Source: Fibrobacter sp. (GTDB taxonomy: Bacteria > Fibrobacterota > Fibrobacteria > Fibrobacterales > Fibrobacteraceae). From it: a stretch of DNA of 64,000 nt. Below the pieces are notes generated by a model, which was not told the origin of the DNA, searched no databases, and saw only the letters and a list, made by a program, of their open reading frames with translations. Positions 58,369 to 64,000 of this stretch are shown here, one piece after another (within the stretch, counting starts at the first letter, position 1; every line of letters begins with the position of its first letter). The position numbers were made by a program, and so were the translations under genes. Location of the stretch: assembly GCA_024398955.1 (NCBI GenBank), contig JAKSIG010000004.1:11539-75538 (forward strand), written 5' to 3'.

Positions 58369-61300
58369 ATGACAAAGTCTATTGATATTCGCGACGCCCA
58401 CGAGCATAATCTCCGACATGTAAGCCTTTCCATTCCCCGTGATTCCATTGTGGTAGTAACGGGTGTTTCTGGGTCGGGTAAATCCAGCTTGGCTTTTGAT
58501 ACGGTGTTTCAGGAAGGACAGCGCAGATTTGTGGAATCCCTTTCGGCTTACGCTCGCCAGTTCATTGGCCGTATGAAACGCCCTGAGGTAGAAAGCGTTC
58601 GCGGAATATCTCCAACCATAAGCATCGACCAGAAGACGGTGAACCGCAATCCCCGCAGTACGGTGGGTACGGTTGTTGAAATTCTTGACCATTACCGTCT
58701 GCTTTTTGCTCGCCTGGGTGTACCTCATTGCCCCAAGTGCGGCCGCGTGATTCAGGCCCAGACGGTAGACCAGATTGTTGATAATCTTTACGCTGTAGAC
58801 GAAGGCCGCCAGATTACGGTGATGGCTCCCATTGTGCAGGAACGTAAGGGCGAATACCGTAAGGAGCTGGCGGAACTTAAGGAAAACGGTTTTGTTCGTG
58901 CCCGTGTGGATGGCGTCATTTATAGAATTGACGAAGTTCCCCAGCTGGTGCGTTACGAAAAGCATACCATCGAAGCTGTCATTGACCGCCTGACTCTGGA
59001 ACGTAAGAATATGAGTCGTCTGCGGGAGGCTCTGGAAGGCGCCCTGAAGCTGACGGAAGGAAAGCTGGTGAGCTTCCTATTTGGTGCAAGTAACTCGGGA
59101 CGCGGGGATGCGGCTTCGGATAACGCGGGTTCGCCGTCGGGTTCGAACGGTGCCGCGGGTTTGAACGGCGCCGAAGAATATCGCCTGCAGGGCACGTTGC
59201 TGGCTTGCCCCAAGTGCAACATTTCCATTCCGGAACTGGAACCGCGATTCTTCAGCTTCAATGATCCCAAGGGGCAGTGCCCCGCTTGTCGCGGCCTTGG
59301 TGAAAGCTGCGAATTTGATGTGGACTTGATTGTTCCCGATAAGAGCCTGAGCTTGAAGCAGGGGGCACTTGCCTGTCAGAAGAAGGATGACGGCTGCATT
59401 ATCTTTAGTGATTTTGGCTGGCGCAACTTGCGTACTATCGCCAACGAGATGAAGTTTACCTTTGATACACCCTGGTGCAAGCTGAAGAAGGAACAGCAGG
59501 ATGCTATCCTATATGGAACTCCCAGCGGAAGCGAACGGGGTGTTGTCACCGTTATGCAGGAACTTTGGGACATGTGGCACATTTACCACTTCCGTAAGTT
59601 TATGCAGATTGGCGTTTGCCCCGAATGTAAGGGAACCCGCATCAATCCTATTGCCAATGCGGTGGATTTCCATGGGCATAACATTACGGAACTGACCGAC
59701 TGGTCCGTGGAAAAGTCTGTGGAGTTTTTCGACGGCCTAAAACTGAGCGACAAGGAAATGCGAATCGGCAAGGAAGTGCTGAAGGAAATTCGCGGTCGAT
59801 TGAGTTTCTTGAATGCAGTAGGCCTTGGTTACCTGAATATTTCCCGCAAGGCTTCTACCTTAAGTGGCGGCGAAGCCCAGCGTATTCGTTTGGCCAGCGC
59901 AGTAGGTGCCGGCCTGCAGGGCGTGCTTTATGTTCTTGATGAACCTAGCATCGGTTTGCATCCCCGCGATAACGATAAATTGCTTGGCATGCTGGAACAT
60001 TTGCGGGCCCAGGGCAACAGCCTGATTGTGGTGGAACATGACGAAGATACCATGCGTCACGCCGACTGCGTCATTGACGTTGGTCCTGGCGCCGGAGTAG
60101 AAGGCGGTCGCATTATCGCCGCCGGAACCGTCGATGAACTTGAAAAGAATAAGGCTTCTCTGACAGGCGCCTACTTGAGCGGTCGCAAGGCTATTGAAAT
60201 TCCTGCACAGCGCAAGAAGATTACCAAGGAGACGCCCAAGTTGAAGGTCTGCGGTGCTGCAGAAAACAACCTGAAGAATATTGATGTGGAATTTCCGCTG
60301 GATGGCGCCCTTACCGTTGTTACGGGCGTTTCGGGCTCTGGCAAGAGTACCTTGGTGAACCAGATTCTTCGTCGGGAGCTGGCTCGAGTTTTCTTCAATT
60401 CTGAAGAACCCGTTGGCAAGTTCGACCACATGGAAGGTCTCGAGAATATTGACAAGGTTATTGAAATCGACCAGACGCCTATTGGACGCACCCCTCGAAG
60501 CAATCCCGCCACCTACACGAAAATTTGGGACGACATCCGCGATCTTTTCGCCAGCATGGAAGAAAGCAAGATTCGCGGTTACAGCAAGAGCCGTTTCAGC
60601 TTTAACGTGAAGGGCGGTCGTTGCGATGCTTGTGAAGGCGCCGGCGTCAAGCTGGTGGATATGCACATCCTGCCTTCTGTCCAGGTGACTTGCGAAGTCT
60701 GTAACGGCAAGCGTTTTAACGACGCCACCCGCGAAGTCTATTACAAGGGCAAGAACGTCTCCGAAATTCTGGACATGAGCATTAGCGAGGCCGCAGAATT
60801 TTTCAAGGACATTTCCAAGATCGCCAACCCCCTGAACTTGCTTTGCGAAGTGGGCTTGGGTTACCTGACACTGGGCCAGCCTTCAACAACCTTGAGCGGT
60901 GGCGAAGCCCAGCGAATCAAGATTGCTTCGGAACTCCGTCGCCCGGGAACTGGCAAGACCTTGTACCTGCTGGACGAACCTACCACGGGCTTGCATTTTG
61001 AAGATATTCGCAAGCTCATGGAGTGTCTGAACCGTTTGCGCAGTCTGGGCAATAGCGTCATCATCATTGAACACAACCTGGATGTAATCAAGTGCGCCGA
61101 CTGGATTATCGACTTGGGCCCCGATGCTGGTATCCATGGCGGTAAGATTATCGCTACGGGAACTCCGGAACAGATTGCCAAATGCAAAAAATCCGAAACA
61201 GGCCGCTATCTGGCTCCCGTTCTTGCCAAGAAACATGGCGAAAACGTTCCCGTAAGCCAGATGAACGCTGTAGCCGAAAACCGAGCCATTTACAATGCCG

Positions 61301-63753
61301 CAGCAAAGAAGGCTGGCGTCGACGGACCTTCTCTGGATATTGAAGTTCATGGAGCCCGCAAGCACAACCTGAAGAATATTGACGTTACCATTCCTCGCCA
61401 CAAGTTGACGGTGGTTACGGGTGTTTCTGGCTCCGGCAAATCCAGCCTGGCGTTCCACACGCTGTTTAACGAAGGCCAGCGTCGCTTTGTAGAAACCCTC
61501 AGTACCTACGCTCGCCGATTCTTGGGACGCCCTGACCGCGGAAGCATCGACTCCATTTCAGGCTTGGCTCCGGCAATCGCAATCGACCAGAAGTCTGCAA
61601 GCAAGAGCCCCCGCAGTACGGTGGCTACGCTTACAGAAATCTACGACTACTTCCGTATTTTCTGGTCTCGGGCAGGAACGCCCCATTGCCTCCATTGCGG
61701 AAAGCCTGTGGATTCCTACGCTGCCGGCGATTTGATCCAGCTGGCCTTCAGCCGCGACCTGAACAAGATGGTTACTGTCCTGGCGCCTTTCGAGGTCAAG
61801 GACGTCCTTAAGCTTTCCAAGATCCTGACGGAAAAGGGATACCGCAAGGTTTATATGGGCGACAAACTTGTGGAATTGCCGCTGCCCAAGGTTCCCACCC
61901 GCGAAAAGCAGGTATTGGCCGTTGTAGATCAGGTGGTGGTGAAGGAAGAAAACCGCGCCCGCCTGGTAGAAGCCTTTGAACGGGGCTACCGCGATGGCAA
62001 TGGCATTCTTTATATGGATTGCGATGGACAGGAACGTCTTTCCGCCAGCGAAAAGCCGGGCTGCCCGGAATGTGGCTGGTATATGGATTCCGCATTGAAT
62101 CCCAAGTTCTTCAGCTTTAATACCCATTGGGGCGCTTGCGAGACCTGCCTTGGTTTGGGTTATCTGAAGGATGGCAAGAAGGACAAGCCTAAGGTTTGCC
62201 CCAGCTGCCACGGGGAACGTCTAAAGCCAGAATATCTTGCCGTCAAGATCAATGGCAGGAACATTATGGATGTTCACCACATGAGCATCGCCAATGCCCG
62301 CGACTGGTTCGCCAATGTGAATTTCGATAACGAAAAGAACGCCGAGGGCAAGCGCACCGTGGCAGAACCGCTTCTTCGCGAAATTATCGGCCGTCTGGAT
62401 TTCTTGAAGTCCGTAGGATTAGGCTACATCGGCCTGGACCGTGCCGGCGATACCTTGAGCGGTGGCGAATCCCAGCGAATACGCTTGGCCAGTCAGATTG
62501 GTAGTGGTCTTGAGGGCGTTCTCTACGTTCTTGACGAACCTACCGTAGGTCTTCACGAAAGCGATACTGCAAAACTTCTGGACACTCTCTATCGCCTCCG
62601 CGATTTAGGCAACACTCTGGTTGTAGTTGAACACGACCAGAAGATGATGGAAGCAGCCGACCACATTATCGACATGGGTCCCGGAGCCGGTGATTTCGGT
62701 GGTGAAGTGGTTGCAGAAGGTTCCCCGAAACTTCTGGCAAAACCCTATGCGTTACAGCAGTTCCCCCGCAGCGAAACGGTAAAGTTCCTGACTCACCAGA
62801 CTCCTGTGGCCAACGAAGTTGCGCCAATAAGAATTACAGATAATACCGAATTCTACGAATTTAGTGGTCTTACCCATAACAACCTCAAGAATTTGTCTGT
62901 AAAGTTTCCCAAGAGTGCTGTCAGTGTGGTCTGTGGCGTTTCTGGTTCCGGCAAGAGTTCCCTGGTCATGGATGAAATCTTTCCGGCACTCAAGAAAAAG
63001 TTCCAGGCCCGCGGTAAAAAGAAACAGAGCGGGGAAGTCCTGCTTGTAGACCAGAGCCCTATTTCCGGGACGCCCCGCAGTACGCCTGCCAGCTTTACTG
63101 GTGTATTCGACGATATCCGCAAGTTGTTTGCTAAACTGGAACAGTCCAAGGTAAAAGGTTTTGACTATGGCCGCTTCAGCTATAACCTTGCCCGCGGACG
63201 CTGTGAAGCCTGCGAAGGCCGAGGTGCGGTCTCTGTAGAAATGCACTTCCTTTCTGACATCTGGGAACCCTGCGAAGTCTGTGGTGGAAAACGCTACAAC
63301 CAGGAAACCCTGACGGTTACTTTCAAGGGCAAGAACATTGCCGATGTTCTGGATATGCGTGTGGTGGAAGCTTGCGAGTTCTTCAAGGACCAGCCCAAAA
63401 TTTTACCAAAACTGGAATGTCTCCGCGATGTGGGCCTGCCGTACGTAAAGTTAGGCCAGCCGGTAACGACCCTCAGTGGCGGCGAATCCCAGCGACTCAA
63501 GCTGGCTGCAGAACTGGCCAAGCGCCCCGCCACCGAAATGGTGTACCTGCTGGACGAGCCAACCACCGGTCTGCACCTGAAGGATATCCAGATTCTCTGG
63601 AACCTGTTGCGCCGTCTTTCCGCTCGTGGCGATACCGTAATCGTCATCGAGCATCATCCGGATATTATCCGTCTGGCCGACTGGAGGGTGGAATTGGGCC
63701 CTGTTGGGGGCTCAGAAGGTGGTCATTTGCTGGAAATGGGACCAAATAGCTAG
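58369..63753 (+). CDS. uvrA: Excinuclease ABC subunit A, internally duplicated (double-length) form
   Basis: Four GVSGSGKS Walker A motifs, four LSGGE signatures and repeated Zn-finger CxxC motifs; two UvrA-like halves in ~1795 aa. Confidence 0.95.
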   Translation: MTKSIDIRDAHEHNLRHVSLSIPRDSIVVVTGVSGSGKSSLAFDTVFQEGQRRFVESLSAYARQFIGRMKRPEVESVRGISPTISIDQKTVNRNPRSTVGTVVEILDHYRLLFARLGVPHCPKCGRVIQAQTVDQIVDNLYAVDEGRQITVMAPIVQERKGEYRKELAELKENGFVRARVDGVIYRIDEVPQLVRYEKHTIEAVIDRLTLERKNMSRLREALEGALKLTEGKLVSFLFGASNSGRGDAASDNAGSPSGSNGAAGLNGAEEYRLQGTLLACPKCNISIPELEPRFFSFNDPKGQCPACRGLGESCEFDVDLIVPDKSLSLKQGALACQKKDDGCIIFSDFGWRNLRTIANEMKFTFDTPWCKLKKEQQDAILYGTPSGSERGVVTVMQELWDMWHIYHFRKFMQIGVCPECKGTRINPIANAVDFHGHNITELTDWSVEKSVEFFDGLKLSDKEMRIGKEVLKEIRGRLSFLNAVGLGYLNISRKASTLSGGEAQRIRLASAVGAGLQGVLYVLDEPSIGLHPRDNDKLLGMLEHLRAQGNSLIVVEHDEDTMRHADCVIDVGPGAGVEGGRIIAAGTVDELEKNKASLTGAYLSGRKAIEIPAQRKKITKETPKLKVCGAAENNLKNIDVEFPLDGALTVVTGVSGSGKSTLVNQILRRELARVFFNSEEPVGKFDHMEGLENIDKVIEIDQTPIGRTPRSNPATYTKIWDDIRDLFASMEESKIRGYSKSRFSFNVKGGRCDACEGAGVKLVDMHILPSVQVTCEVCNGKRFNDATREVYYKGKNVSEILDMSISEAAEFFKDISKIANPLNLLCEVGLGYLTLGQPSTTLSGGEAQRIKIASELRRPGTGKTLYLLDEPTTGLHFEDIRKLMECLNRLRSLGNSVIIIEHNLDVIKCADWIIDLGPDAGIHGGKIIATGTPEQIAKCKKSETGRYLAPVLAKKHGENVPVSQMNAVAENRAIYNAAAKKAGVDGPSLDIEVHGARKHNLKNIDVTIPRHKLTVVTGVSGSGKSSLAFHTLFNEGQRRFVETLSTYARRFLGRPDRGSIDSISGLAPAIAIDQKSASKSPRSTVATLTEIYDYFRIFWSRAGTPHCLHCGKPVDSYAAGDLIQLAFSRDLNKMVTVLAPFEVKDVLKLSKILTEKGYRKVYMGDKLVELPLPKVPTREKQVLAVVDQVVVKEENRARLVEAFERGYRDGNGILYMDCDGQERLSASEKPGCPECGWYMDSALNPKFFSFNTHWGACETCLGLGYLKDGKKDKPKVCPSCHGERLKPEYLAVKINGRNIMDVHHMSIANARDWFANVNFDNEKNAEGKRTVAEPLLREIIGRLDFLKSVGLGYIGLDRAGDTLSGGESQRIRLASQIGSGLEGVLYVLDEPTVGLHESDTAKLLDTLYRLRDLGNTLVVVEHDQKMMEAADHIIDMGPGAGDFGGEVVAEGSPKLLAKPYALQQFPRSETVKFLTHQTPVANEVAPIRITDNTEFYEFSGLTHNNLKNLSVKFPKSAVSVVCGVSGSGKSSLVMDEIFPALKKKFQARGKKKQSGEVLLVDQSPISGTPRSTPASFTGVFDDIRKLFAKLEQSKVKGFDYGRFSYNLARGRCEACEGRGAVSVEMHFLSDIWEPCEVCGGKRYNQETLTVTFKGKNIADVLDMRVVEACEFFKDQPKILPKLECLRDVGLPYVKLGQPVTTLSGGESQRLKLAAELAKRPATEMVYLLDEPTTGLHLKDIQILWNLLRRLSARGDTVIVIEHHPDIIRLADWRVELGPVGGSEGGHLLEMGPNS

Positions 63754-63860
63754 GCTTTTTTAGGGATCCTTTGTAATGTTTTTCACAAAAAAGTTATCTT
63801 TCTGTAAGATTTTTGGGATGTTTAAAACGTCCAAGTAGAGCTTAGAAAATAGGAGACGAT

Positions 63861-64000
63861 ATGTCCATTTCACGTGTGTGCGCCCGTTTGTTGCCGCTGT
63901 TGCTGCTTGTTCCAGCATTGACCATGGCAGCTGACAACGACCGCAACTATAAGGTAGCTCCCAATCTGTTTAAGAAGGGTGTCTTGTTGGAACCTATTGC
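63861..64000 (+). CDS. Exported protein, 5' fragment (runs off the window)
   Basis: AGGAG RBS; MSISRVCARLLPLLLLVPALTMAADND signal peptide; open to the window edge. Confidence 0.6.
   Translation, partial: MSISRVCARLLPLLLLVPALTMAADNDRNYKVAPNLFKKGVLLEPI

Overview
This is a bacterial chromosomal window, very probably from a Fibrobacter species. That assignment is an inference from a Fibrobacter major-paralogous (FISUMP-type) domain protein, large secreted GH9 enzymes and a spirochete-type EF-G. Most of the window is core or envelope genes: two tandem GH9 glycoside hydrolases, class I fumarase, trpS, rpsF-rpsR-rplI, an RND pump, ftsB, dprA, mazG, fusA, map, a DEAD-box helicase, pyrE, purU, argS, rsfS, panD, miaB, a solute-binding protein/diguanylate cyclase pair, a TPR/Ser-Thr kinase/sigma54-activator module with its sigma54 promoter, a double-length UvrA and three tRNAs. 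The strongest unexplained signal is a ~220-bp element present three times. It consists of six 9-bp pseudo-palindromes (TGGACTCCA/TGGAGTCCA) at nearly invariant spacing (9-21-9-46-9-20/21-9-57-9-21-9), with almost entirely different intervening sequences. Two copies flank trpS. The third, inverted, lies just upstream of an uncharacterised restriction-endonuclease-fold gene, which makes this a candidate undescribed repeat/nuclease system. Other patterns are a Bacteroidetes-like TAnnTTTG promoter motif often 4-5 nt before ATG (apparently leaderless genes) and several distinct REP-like intergenic repeat families. All product calls come from motif recognition by eye; no database searches were run.
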